From Bugula neritina (lineage: Eukaryota > Animalia > Bryozoa): 64,000 nt of DNA. The stretch is from the NCBI GenBank assembly GCA_964035545.1, contig OZ037765.1, positions 34,620,080 to 34,684,079 on the forward strand, in the 5' to 3' direction. The notes beneath the pieces are model-generated. The model searched no databases, was not told where the DNA came from, and saw only the letters and a program-made list of their open reading frames with translations. Positions 51,506-64,000 of this stretch are shown here, in pieces. A program made the translations under genes and the position numbers. Numbering within the stretch: position 1 is the stretch's first letter; the number at the start of each line of letters is the position of its first letter.

Positions 51506-54500
51506 TCAAGTTGCGTGGATGGCAGATTTGGTGGTGGAGAGAGTGGACGAATCGTTAGCCTGGGAACCAATGTCCAGGTCAGAGGAGTGAGCAGTCAATC
51601 TGGTAGGAGGAGTTCCTGGAAGCCCGAGTATGCCTCCGATACTGTGGTTATGACAGCCGGAGCTGGAGCTATTCTGATTGAGCATGGAGGCAGCAGGGAC
51701 GCTGCTGCTCTCCGAGGCGTAGTCTGTCTGAGAAGAATCGTCACTATCGCTAGCCCCAGCTCTCCTGCCGCTACTATTGTCTAGGTCAAGGTCGTCCTCC
51801 TCGTCTTCTCTATCTGTCTGTTCGTCCGCGTCAGGATCACCTGTCATGAATCTAATGCACTTCTTCTTTCGTCTACAATAACCACATGACACTTAGAGCT
51901 GTTAGAGTGTAACTATAACCAGCAGCCTTGGCTCCAGTCATACCTCCAGCCTTCATAAGCTATAGCAAAGGACGTGCAGGAAACAGAGGCTAACCTCACC
52001 AAGCATCTCGCCAGCATGCTGACCCCAGAGCAGCACGGCTCAGCTCAGCACGTGTTATACAGTGAGTGATGTTACAGTATAAAGCAGGCATGCACTGCAG
52101 CGGCTGAGGACAAACCTACTCAACAAATGAGATCTAAAGCTCTGTGACAACGTCATGGTTCACAGGTTCAACTGTAGACATCAATTTGCAGACGGACTTA
52201 CAACAGCGAATATCCGGGTGGAGGTTGAAAAGAGTTAGTAAGAGTTGCGTGTGCTTTATACAAGCCCTTCACCAGCATTGCATTTGTGAGCGAGAATTAT
52301 AGTGAGATGTTGGAGTTGTGATACTTTGCTGATGTGAAACGTAGTTTAGACAACTTCAAATTTCATTAATAACCGATGCATGGCAGACATGGAAAAGCCT
52401 AGGCAGAGCAACTTTGAGTGATGTTGACGAGGCAATGTTAGGGTTAGGCTAGGAGGGAGAGAGGGGAGAGTAGGTTGATACAGGGTTACAGTGTGACAAT
52501 CATGCAACATGCAGCTGTGTACCTGGTGCAGTGCTCACCGCCTCGCTGCCTGCTGCCATAACAGCCAGCAGACTAGACTGCGACGTGATTGGTGCCGCGC
52601 TATTCTGATCTAGAGAGAGTGCGGGGGGCCCCGCCCTGCCCGCACTGTTCTGCGGCTCGTCAGACTCGGTTTTTATACGCAAGTCTGTCGGCCCGTTACA
52701 GTGGTCGGGCAGAAAGACGTGCGGCTCAGCCGACGACAGCGGCTCTACCATTCTGAAACATACAGACTGCCTGTGCTAGAAAGTGCTAGAAACATACACC
52801 TTGTGCTGAAATAATGTGTGCCGTGGGTGCTGTCTTGTTAGAAATCATAAAACACTGAAATAGACACGAGCTGCAGTTAGGTGTGCTCAGAATAAATTCT
52901 ACACATTGGTGCAAACAATTAGGACAGAGTGTGGGCTAGTACAGTGTGGGCTAGTACAGTGTATTGAGTTAGCTTATATAGTGGTGCAGTTAGAATAGAA
53001 GATAGGCTAAAATCTAGCCCGCAGGTAAAGTGGATCATCATGGTACCTACCTGCAAGGCTTACACCATTGGCTCTGCTGGTCCAACCCAAATCTTGCTCT
53101 ACATTTCTTAGGGTTTGAACATTCTGCAACAGAACATCCAGTATGGTTGAGTTACTGACAGTCACAGTTACTGTGAGTTAGTCACAGTTACTGTGAGTTA
53201 GTCACAGTTACTGTGAGTTAGTCACAGTTACTGTGAGTTAGTCACAGTTACTGTGAGTTAGTCACAGTTATTAGTTATTCATAGTTACTGTGAGTTATAG
53301 TCATGTTGCTTTGCCAGCAAATCTAACATGAATAAGTTGAAATAGTGGAATGGCTAGTAATAATTCATCTCAACAGATGTATAAATAATGAGCAGACACA
53401 CAGTTCCTTTCACCACTCTGCACCACCATTCCTTCAACTAACATCAAAGGAACATCAATCCATCAATTACTCAAAAAGAGAGATCAAAGAGATAGAATGG
53501 TACATATAATGTTGTCATTATTGACATGGGAGACCCTCAGAACTACACCTTTTCTTTCTACACTACCCCCTTCTACTCCACCCCCTTCTACACTACCCCC
53601 TCTACTCCACTCCTTTCTACACCACCCCTCTATACAACAACCCCCTCTACTCCACCCCCCTCTACTCTACCCTCCTCTACTCCACCCCCTTCTACTCCAC
53701 CCCCTCTACTCCACCCCCTTCTACTCCACCCCCTCTACTCCACTCCTTCTACACCACCCCCTCTACTCCACCCCCTCTACTCCACTCCTTCTACACCACC
53801 CCCTCTACTCCACCCCCTCTACTCCACTCCTTTCTACACCAACCCTTTCTACTCAACCCCCCCTTTCTACACCAACCCTTTCTACTCAACCCCCCCTTCT
53901 ACTCCACCCGCTCTACTCCACCCCCTGCTACACCACCCCCTCTATACAAGCTACTGGCCTCACAACCATGATATACTCATACACAAGGGTAAAGCTACCA
54001 CAGAAGGCAGTCTAAACTTTCACAGAGAAATAAAGAAAACATCCTCTGCACCAACAGCTGCTACACTTCCTACTCTCAATGGAGTTGAAGCCGAACTTTT
54101 CCAACTTACACCCCATTATTAGCAATTTAAGGTAATTCCTCTTTCCGACTCAACCTGTCAAATGATTTGAGTGAGTTTGGAATTTGGAGAGCTTTTGAAG
54201 CCGAAGTAATTACAAGGAATAATTCACCAGACATGAGGTAATCAAAGCTCATCAAAGGAATGGATAGACAAACAGTTCGCATGACAATGAGGGGTTGAGA
54301 CAGTGCCCCACTCTACTAGGAGGAGCCTGTCTGGAGGGGGAGATCTCTATGAGATATCATTCTTCTAACCTCACTGACTAGTCTACCTACCAGCTGCCTC
54401 ATTACACACAGACAGACACACAGACACGCACACAGACACACAGACACACAGACCAACTCATACCTTTATTCTCTATACTAGGTTCCCGCCTACGCTTTTT

Positions 54501-57500
54501 CCGTTTGGAGTGCATGGCGTAGTTGTCCCGGGCACTCCAGCCTGGGTACAACTTTAGATGCAATTCTCTCTCCTTCTTCGCCATTTCATAATATTTGGCC
54601 TGTTCAGCTCTGTCTAATGCGTGCCACTGAAAGGAAGTATTGCAATATATACTATACTATATACTATACTATATAATATACTATATACTATACTATGTAT
54701 TATACTATATACTATATAATATATATTGTTGAATAAGTTACAGCACTTAGTGACCCAAAGCCACACTTCCAACCATAAAAAAAGTTAATAAATCTAACCA
54801 TACGAACATTTAGATTCAAACTTCTATTAAAAAAAGCAATTCAATATATCTGCTGCCAACACATTTATGGGAGTTTTATTTTAGCAGACAAATAAACACA
54901 TGAATTATAAATTAAGATGCGTTATACTAAATACAAATTACTATAAAACGTGTCAGCTAAACCGTGGATATTTCTAATTTTTCAAGCCATGTCAGTTAAT
55001 ACGAGAGTGTTATTATGTGACATTGTTTTTATTCCATCGTGTTATTCACACTGGATATTTACACGTTGACAGCTGAAAGAATTGAATTTAAACATTATTA
55101 AAGTATTTCCTACAGGCTTCTATCAACTAACTTTTCAATTAAATATTTATATAGTATAATTTTCCATAGCCTAAAATGATTAATATAAACAAAGATAATA
55201 TAAATATACACCAGATAATGCTGGCTGTATGTACACAATTATATTGATGTAATATCTTTACCATAGCATGACACTTTCTGTCGATATTTCATTTAACAGA
55301 TATGTACAGAATATTTGCATTATATTCATCAGATATGATATATGTAAGGCCATAATACAGTATATATAAGTATATACTATATAATAACAGTAAGTATATA
55401 ATATAGTGTAACAGTAAGTACATAATATATAATAACAGTAAGTACACAGTACATGCTAACTGTAAGTACAAGAGATATTCTCTCTCCTTTGTTCACTCAT
55501 CATTTACATCCAACTAATCACTCTCATCCATAATTCCTCAACTTCAAAGGATTATAATTAATGAGGGCAGGGGTTAAGCAGGTTCCTACTAAACCACACT
55601 CATTACCCTGCCTTGCTGCCAGTCCTGCTGCCTGCTACCCACAATCCAGTGTAAAGTATTCCCACAATCCAGTGTAAACTATTACCCACAATCCAGTGTA
55701 AACTATTACCCACAATCCAGTGTAAACTATTACCCACAATCCAGTGTAAACTATTACCCACAATCCAGTATCAATGAATTACAAGACCCAAGGTCAGCAA
55801 ATATCAGGAATATTTTTGCTGCTGGTGATGAGAACATAATGTAACTGGTGATGCTAATAATATTGCTGCCACTAGTGATGCTGATAATATTGCTGCCAGT
55901 AGTGATGAAGCTCACATTAAGGTAGGTGTAAGCTGAGATATACCCAGTGTATGCTATTATTATCTGCAGTAATAGCTGCAAGAAGTCCTTAATGAAACCT
56001 TGGCTTAGAAGTGGAAGTATATAATTATAATAGATGGTGTAGAATAGATGGTGTAGAATAGATGGTGTAGAATAGATGTAGAATAGATGTAGAATAGATG
56101 GTGTAGAATAGATGTAGAATAGATGTAGAATAGATGGTGTAGAATAGATGTAGAATAGATGTAGAATAGATGTAGAATAGATGTAGAATAGATGATGTAG
56201 AATAGATGGTGTAGAATAGATGTAGAATAGATGTAGAATAGATGTAGAATAGATGTAGAATAGATGTAGAGTATACGATTTTATTGTAGTCAGGGATTAA
56301 CATTTCCAACTCATTTCCTTCAAAGGCTGTTGACAATTTCCATACAAACTTGTGTATAATAAACACGGTGCAACTTGGTACAGAAAGAATGCCAGTAACT
56401 CCTGAGTATATAAGTACTTACAATATACAAGTAAACGCTATATAAGTATAATATATATATAAGTGTAATATATAAATAAGTGTAATATATAAATGAGAGT
56501 AATAAATAAATGAGAGTATAATATTTAAGTGAGTGCAATATATAAGTACAAGTAACATATTAATGAGTGTAATATATAAGTACGAGTAATAAATGTGTTA
56601 AATATTACTAGAATCTGCAACTTTCCCTGGGAAGTTAGAGAAGGTAACTAATAAATAGGGAGATTACGAAGCCTGCACTCTTTTCTTCTCATTTCATTGC
56701 GGAATGTGCAAGCTTTCATTATTCTATTTATAATCATATAATAATAGTAAATTAATCACAAGTGTCCTCCTTTCTCTCTTTCTCAAAGCTAAGCACGTCT
56801 GTAAACCCAACTCAGCAGTCTCTACTCACCGCATACAATTTCAGAGAGCATCCAGTGGAAAATGAAAGTTTTTCTTTGATAAAGTCATTCAAAATATGAA
56901 TTAAATCTCAATTATTACTAAAATATTAATTAAAATTAGTCTAGATACCATTGCATAATGACCCACGCACCATTAACCCTCCCCATTTATCACTCAAGAC
57001 TATAAGCTATCTACTAAGTGGTTTAGTAATTACATCACAACTACAATGGATATTTAACAACATTATCATTATGTAATATAATGTAATCCCCCATAACTTG
57101 GGAGAAAAAGTTACATTCTCAAGTAATTAGTTACTCTGACAAATAACTATCAATTCACTGTAGAAGAGAGACAGAAACACCTAACACAAGGCTGTGTAAG
57201 GGAGCTGGTAGTTTATATCAAGTTATGACTTCTCAATTCTATAAATATATCAAAACACTCAGAGTAAACCTAAAGTAAAGTAGATTATTGGGGAAGGGGG
57301 CAGTATTGACCCCCCCAACCGCCTTGCCTTGTGTGCTGGAACTGGCTAAGGAGGTACTTGAGTGAACAGAGAATTCTATCATTAATTTCATATGAATTAA
57401 AATCCTAATTTAAATGCATTCAAAATGTAAATCAAATTAATGTACAGCTGTATATTTGTTTAATTTGTAGATCACTTAAGACACCCTAGTTAGTTCGGTT

Positions 57501-59058
57501 TGATATGTTATTATATTATAATATCACTATATAATATCACTATATATTATCACTATGTGTTATTGATATGTATTACTATATATATTATTAGCTAGAGTTG
57601 GAATAGATATCAAAGCAGCAGATTATTGCTAGAAATCATACAAAACAGTGAGTCACCTTCTCCATTATGTACCAGCAAAGTTTTCACAACCCTTGAATTT
57701 TGGGGGTTAAAAGCCTTTCATCACAAGATTTGCTGTGAGTTTTAGTTTGAACCCCTTTATTAGCAGGCAGAAGGGACTGGTTGAACCCACCACACCCAGT
57801 TTTCTTTACTCAACGTTCGTAGGTATCACAGAATATTGTAGGAGAGAAATACTGAGCTCAGACTCAAATGTTTTATATAACAAAAATAAATGAAATAAAT
57901 AGAAGAATAAGTTAAATTAAACGTATGCTCACCTTCCTCCCTAAGATCTGGTTGATTGCAGCTGATTCCTTCAACGTACACTCGGCCACCACCTTGGCCC
58001 TCATGTCCTTCATGAACAACATGAAAGCGTTGAGGGGTTTCTTGATGTGGGGCTTCTTCTTCTCCTTGTGCTGCTCCTCGTGACCATTGGAGCCGTTGGC
58101 GTAGGGATGTGTGCTGTGAAACATAAACACTGATTTATCTACACAAAGTATGCAGAGATTTAGCTCCAGGTGACAGTCTAACCACAAACTGGTCAGGGAG
58201 AGCTTTTGAAGATTAGAATTTAACTTTGACTGCCAGCACGGCTTGTGTGGAAGGGAATCCAGCATCAGCTTGAAGAGAGCTGTGATGGATTATTTATTTC
58301 TATATTTCTCTAGTGAATCACTGTGTATTCAGATGGAATATAGTCTAAACTGTGTATTCAGATGGAATATAGTCTAAACTGTCTATTCAGATGGAATATT
58401 GTCTACGGGAAGTAAGCCAGAGAAGAAATTAAAAATATTAAAGTTGAAAAACAAATTTCGACACAGAAAAATCAAAAACTGAAATTCCAGTAAATATTAA
58501 AACAGTTTCTGCCAATTGATACATTTTAATTTAATAAAGTTAATTTTTCTCAAAAAATTGAAAATCAAAACCATTTCAATTTGCTCCTCTAAAATTCTGT
58601 ATTTCAAATAGCTTTTGAAAAACTAATTTTTTTATTTAATTAAAGTGGCTGTGACAGAGTTGAATGTGCCCTGTCATAATGCACTTTGTGTTATTAGAAT
58701 TGGCTAGGCTGGGTTGAATGAAGCTTTAATGACTTTCCATTGAGTATTTCTGGACAATATTTTACAGCAAAAAAAGCACATTATGTTTAAAATCTATATA
58801 TGCACAGGAAAAGTTTTTCTTACTGAACCAGGAGGGTGCGAACCCTCTAGGGGTCCTTCGCATACTTACAGGAACCTGTTCTCTTGCAGCATACTGGGGT
58901 GAAGGTCGTGTTTAGCCTGAGATACTAGGGATGGCTGAGACATGCCTGGAGACAGGGGGGAGTTGAGGAGTGGAGAGTAACCCCTGGAGGCAGCAGCTAT
59001 TAGCCCCGAGTACTGTGACCTCATGCCTGCTGATGTGACGGGGTAGCCAGCACCCGGC
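51506..59058 (-). CDS. TCF: TCF/LEF (pangolin) transcription factor, 3' exons; beta-catenin-binding N-terminus not seen in the window
   Basis: Exons 58876-59058, 57933-58113 ([40 protein letters not shown]), 54464-54626 ([24 protein letters not shown]), 53051-53123 ([20 protein letters not shown]), 51506-51872 (RKKKCIRF plus acidic, Ser-rich tail). Confidence 0.96.
52523..52752 (-). CDS. Candidate alternative exon of TCF
   Basis: GC-rich open frame with tttcag acceptor and CAG|GTACAC donor, in phase with the CRARF exon; encodes PTDLR and IKTE motifs. Confidence 0.6.
53545..53945. repeat. Intronic C-rich repeat CTCTACTCCACCCC
   Basis: Direct inspection; G-run-rich on the transcribed strand. 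Confidence 0.85.
56028..56270. repeat. Intronic 13-15-bp repeat AGAATAGATGT(GT)AG variants
   Basis: Direct inspection. Confidence 0.8.
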
Positions 59059-62000
59059 CTGCAATCACATACGCTCAGGCTATACTTCAACTCTAAACTA
59101 TCTATTCTCTTCAGTAACAGATTCATTGAGCAATATAGAGTGAGGGAGAGGAAAGGCGAGGGAGAGGAGAGCCGAGAGAGAGGCCAGTGTGGAATAGAGT
59201 CGAGGGATAAACAGGATGATGTAATAAATTATTTCATATAACCTTTTCAACAAAATTTAGCCACTTGTTGTTATAAGCTGATAACAGATTGACTTTTCTG
59301 AAATTACAAAGAATTTTTACTCTATATTTTATTACTTGTTACTTGCTGACAAATAAATAATACTTCAAAAGCTTATTCTGAATATTACTGAAAATCTAGG
59401 GGTTGTGAAAACAAAGAGAGATATTAGAGTCAAACGCTACCAGCATATATACTGTCACAAGTACTCACTCCAAGGTTGAATAACGTGGTATAGGAATAAC
59501 TGGCAACTTATTAATTTGCTTTCATAACAAAGTGATACAATTACTGCAGTCAACTTACTGAAATATTAATTTATCATTATACTGTAGGAGCAGTAATTTC
59601 TCAGAATTACTAAAATTATAAATAAAGATTCAAATAAGGTACTCAAGTTGAAGGAAAAGAATTCCAAACATAAATATCTGAAGAAGAGATATTAAATATT
59701 ACAAAGCAGATATCCTCAGTTCCGCTATTGAATTTATCTAACACTTTCATAATTTTCCAATAAAGCCAGAAAAATCTCCAAAAAAGCAGTAAATGACATC
59801 AGAAAGCAAATCCTTGTGTTTTGAAGTAAACTATTGACACCAGTAGCTGCCGGGTGGATGGGCTGCTGCTGTAGCAGCCAGCAGCTGAAGGGCTGCCTAG
59901 TAGCTGCCAGGCGCTGAAGGGCAGCCTAGTAGCTGCCGGGTGGATGGGCTGCTACTGTTGCTGCCAGGAGCTGAAGGGCTGCCAGGAGCTGAAGGGCAGC
60001 CTAGTAGCATTTGAAGAAAGTAAAATGATTACTTATTGACTGCATCTCCTATTTTCACCTTTGAAGTTTTAAGGCGGTAAGCTTCCAGGTTATTTATTAC
60101 ATTTGAGCAAAGGTTTGCATGCTTTTCAACTGTTTTATCAGCATTTTATCCAATTTCTTATACGAAAACACTACAAAAATGTAAGTAAAAGTGGTCATAT
60201 TAGGTGTCTTGGACTTGCCCAGACTTGCCCGCGAGCGTGCCCTCCGTGTCCTATTCTGACGTGGGGATGGCAAAATAGCCCTATTGTAGCGTGAGTTTAT
60301 ATCGCGTAAAGTTATTAAGAAGCGGGTTTGTCACAGATTCTCGTTATTCGTAGTTCAAATCACATGAATGTTACTCTTCGGGCGGCTACTAATAACTAAC
60401 GTTAGCTACGCAACATCAAGAAAGGTAACTAATTTGACTGTTTTCAAATGGACTATTCCATTTCGCTAGTTTGTAACTTGCTGTAAATCACAAAATAATT
60501 ATTTTCCCTATTTTAATTTCAATTATCATGTCGACCACACTACCAGAAAATTACTCTTAAATATGCAGTAAATGATGATTTTCAACCGTTTTGTGATGAA
60601 TTATAGGTTAGTAGTTGTCTACGTAAAACCAAGTTTTAAAATTTGTAACTGAATCAGTGAAACTGAATCACAGTATCAGTATGACTATGAGTATCACTAG
60701 TCTATCACTATGTCTATGACTCTCACTCTAACTCTAAGTCTATGACTGTCGCCTATTGGTGAACTATTATTAATAATATTTAATGGTTATATTTATTAAT
60801 ACTATTATCAGTCATAATGATAATCATATGACAGTATCAGTATGTTAATGTTACGGAGCAGAATCAGTTTCGAAACTAATACTTATAATATTAGTTATAA
60901 CTATAAGTATAAGTTATACCAATAGCTATATTTATATTAATATAAATATTTATATTCATAGTAATACTAATAACAAATGTAAAATTATTATGGTAATAGT
61001 TATACTTGTAAGTTATAATATAAAACAAACGACACAAGTATTAATTTGAACTGCTGGTCTTAAAATAAAAAGTAAAATAAATAATAATATAAATAATAAA
61101 ATATAAATTATAATAATTTAATTATACTAATACTAATAGCAATACTTATACAGCAATATAATTATAATAAATTTATAAAACTTAAACAACTTTAAATTTA
61201 AGGAACAACTTTAAATACAAACAAAGATAATATTAAATAGTTATAATCATAATGATCATAACAATAAATATAATTATGATTCCAATAATTATCAATATAT
61301 TATATAATATTTAAATTATTTTAATTTATAATTATAATCATAAATTTTATAGTTATAGTGAATAAATTCAATTTGACATAACTATAATATTATAAAGCAG
61401 TCAGCCTATCTCTAATGCTGATTGAAATTCAGATTGTTATAAAGTAATCACAATCATAATGCTCAAGTTAATAGATTGGAAATTATTGAAAATTATGTTG
61501 ATGCCAATATAAATATGACATTGTATGCATCCAAGTAGTGATGTTGTAATATATCTTGGAAGATAATTACATTATAATAAGAGTTAAATTCCTCTAAGTA
61601 ACTTTTTTGCAATTATTCCTTAGAATAACTATAACTTATACTCCTAACATTTAATAGCGCATTAGTTTTAGATTGAGCTACTAATTGTATTTATTGCATG
61701 TGAAAGTTAGTTATTCTCCGCCAGCTGCATGAATGTGACTGGTAAATTTTGTAACCTTTGGCAGTAATAACTTTGTAGCATAAATTAGACACATTTTTAT
61801 GAAAATACATAATTTTAATGCTATAGCTGCTAGTAATTCTAATGGGTGTAATAATATTACTTTCACTAGCATTAATTTTTACTTTGTTCATGCTTCATAA
61901 AGCATTTTCTAAATTCTTTTTTGAATAAATATACATATAATGTGCTGAATAGATTACATATGTTGGGGTTCTTCCTATACTGCAGCTCAGCCTACACTCC

Positions 62001-64000
62001 CCGCCACAAATGTTCCTAAACTACTAGCTTCACCAGGATACAGATTGATGGAGCTGTATTGATAAAAACTTCTCTTTTTAGCAGTAGAGGCATCATGAAA
62101 AAAAGGCAAGTATTTTACTCAATAAGAATTCGGTTTTTTACTTCTACAAATTTGATAGCCTACACGATTCTATTTAAATGGAAACTGGTCTGACATAATG
62201 TGTCTACAATTTATTAGTTATAATATAGTAAATACTATGCAGGCCTATAGATCAAATGGCTCAAAAAAAATTAAATAAAACATTACACAATGCTGTATTT
62301 ATTAGCAATGTAATACTTAGCAACTAATTTCACATTATTATTGTTTGCAAAGTTTCATACATCTACATATGTTTGTTCAATTCAGTGTTCTGAAGTAGAA
62401 GGTTCCAACAGCAGGGAAAAGCCTTGAACAAGATATTATGTTCTACATCTCCAACTCATTTTAACTTTGCTGGTCAGTTCATTGTGTATCTGGAGCATAG
62501 TTTTGTATTTTCAAGTAGTCCATCAGATACCTTTGTAGATAGTAAAGATTAAAATGCTTGTGCAATGATGTCCATAATGTTGAACCGATTTATTGAAACT
62601 AAAACTGTTCTTAATTATAACAAAACTTGACAATCTTTACATAAAGAATAATGTCCTATAATCTATCTTCATTGTAAACAAAATTAGAACGTTCCACACC
62701 AGCAAATTGTTTATAATCATCTGTAGGTGGAAGACGCGTGCACTCAGTTATAAAGGCAAGCTGACAGTGGTTTTCTTTGCCTTCTATGAAGATTTGGAAA
62801 GAGCCAGAAAATTAATACTCTATAACTGCAAAACCATGTTGTAGTGTCTTGTGTTATTGATTGAATCATCTAAAAGAAAAATTGTTGTATCATTATAATT
62901 TTACTGTTAATGAATTAGCAAATCTACTTATCTTGGTAAATATATTCAAGAACAAATACTATAGTGTAACTCAGTTTTGGTTATGTGTATGCTCCTTAAG
63001 CGAATTTACAGCAGATATCAAACTATATATTAGAGACTGATATAGGAATTAAATTTAAGCTAACCATGATGATGTAAATAGCTGTTGTATGTGACTTCGA
63101 GAACTCTGCTGGCCATGTCAGTTCAAATACACCAGGGTGATCTGTTACGAATTTCATGTCATTATTGAAATTCAGCTTTTTCAAGTGCCTCTTCACAACT
63201 CTGGCAGCATTCTGACTGCTCCTTAGCTTTCTGCGCCTGAAATTTCTTCTACTTGCACCATTCTTCTATTGGTGGAATGTTAGCCTATAACAAACAGGTG
63301 TACCAAAGCTAAAAAAATATCTAATTCACTGCACTAGGATATTATTCAACTCATTTAAATTTAATATATAGCAGTAAAACAATCACATAATTGTTTTTAT
63401 TTTATCAGCTTTACTTTACAAAGCTGAACCATATAATTTAGTAACTTGTCACCATAATAAACTTTGTACAACATACAAATTGAAAACCTGATGTGATTGC
63501 TTTTTTAATAGAATATACATCAAAAACATGTTACTTTGATAAGCGTGTTTATAATAAAAGTATTAAACCAGTTTGAAAAAATTATTTTGTTATATAAGGG
63601 ATCACAAAACTACATCATTTTAGACCTGTAGCTCAATGTTCCTCAAGCAACGGGCTGCTATGACTAATTAATTTTCTATCATTGCATTTGATTGTTCTAC
63701 TCATAGTGTATTGGCAAATTAAAATTATTGGTAATTTAATGTATATTTTAGCTACCTTTGTACAATCAATGTCATAGTAATATCAATTAAGTTTTAAATT
63801 TCACTGAGTTTATAGTAAATTACTGCAACCGTTACATAACATTTGGCTAGTTCTCTAGTTCATTAAATAACCATACGAACTTAAATTTACAACATGACAA
63901 AACACACAAAGCAAAATTAAAATAAGCATATTATGAACCAATGTAAATGATAAGCGATAATGCTGTTATAAAACATAAATTATCAAATTGAAATAGTTAT

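Noticed and set aside
53497-54122. Extensin-like Pro/Tyr-rich ORFs
   Set aside because: They are translations of a C-rich simple repeat inside a TCF intron.

Overview
Gene-dense, AT-rich window from an invertebrate animal (plausibly a lophotrochozoan; inferred from protein features only). I built gene models by hand from GT-AG junctions, checking reading phase at many of them. In order: the 5' part of an LRR gene with tandemly duplicated two-LRR exons (-); a complete SMARCA2/4 (brahma) SWI/SNF ATPase gene (-, 27 coding exons); ARMC8 (+, 17 exons, head-to-head with SMARCA2/4); a speriolin/SPATC1L-like gene (-); a thyroid hormone receptor gene (-) head-to-head with ERCC1 (+); and the 3' half of TCF/LEF with HMG box and C-clamp (-). 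Most long ORFs in the supplied track are translations of intronic minisatellites. The non-coding DNA has the most unusual structure. (1) Non-tandem tracts of about 0.7-1.1 kb with 3/6-bp periodicity sit in the first introns of the three housekeeping genes, and a fourth orphan tract lies upstream of the visible TCF exons. (2) Many introns are filled from splice site to splice site by their own private minisatellite, creating many decoy splice sites. (3) An array of AGGTCA nuclear-receptor half-sites overlaps the thyroid hormone receptor stop codon. (4) A candidate TCF cassette exon would split the C-clamp and add CtBP-type and SUMO motifs. Several MITEs are also present.
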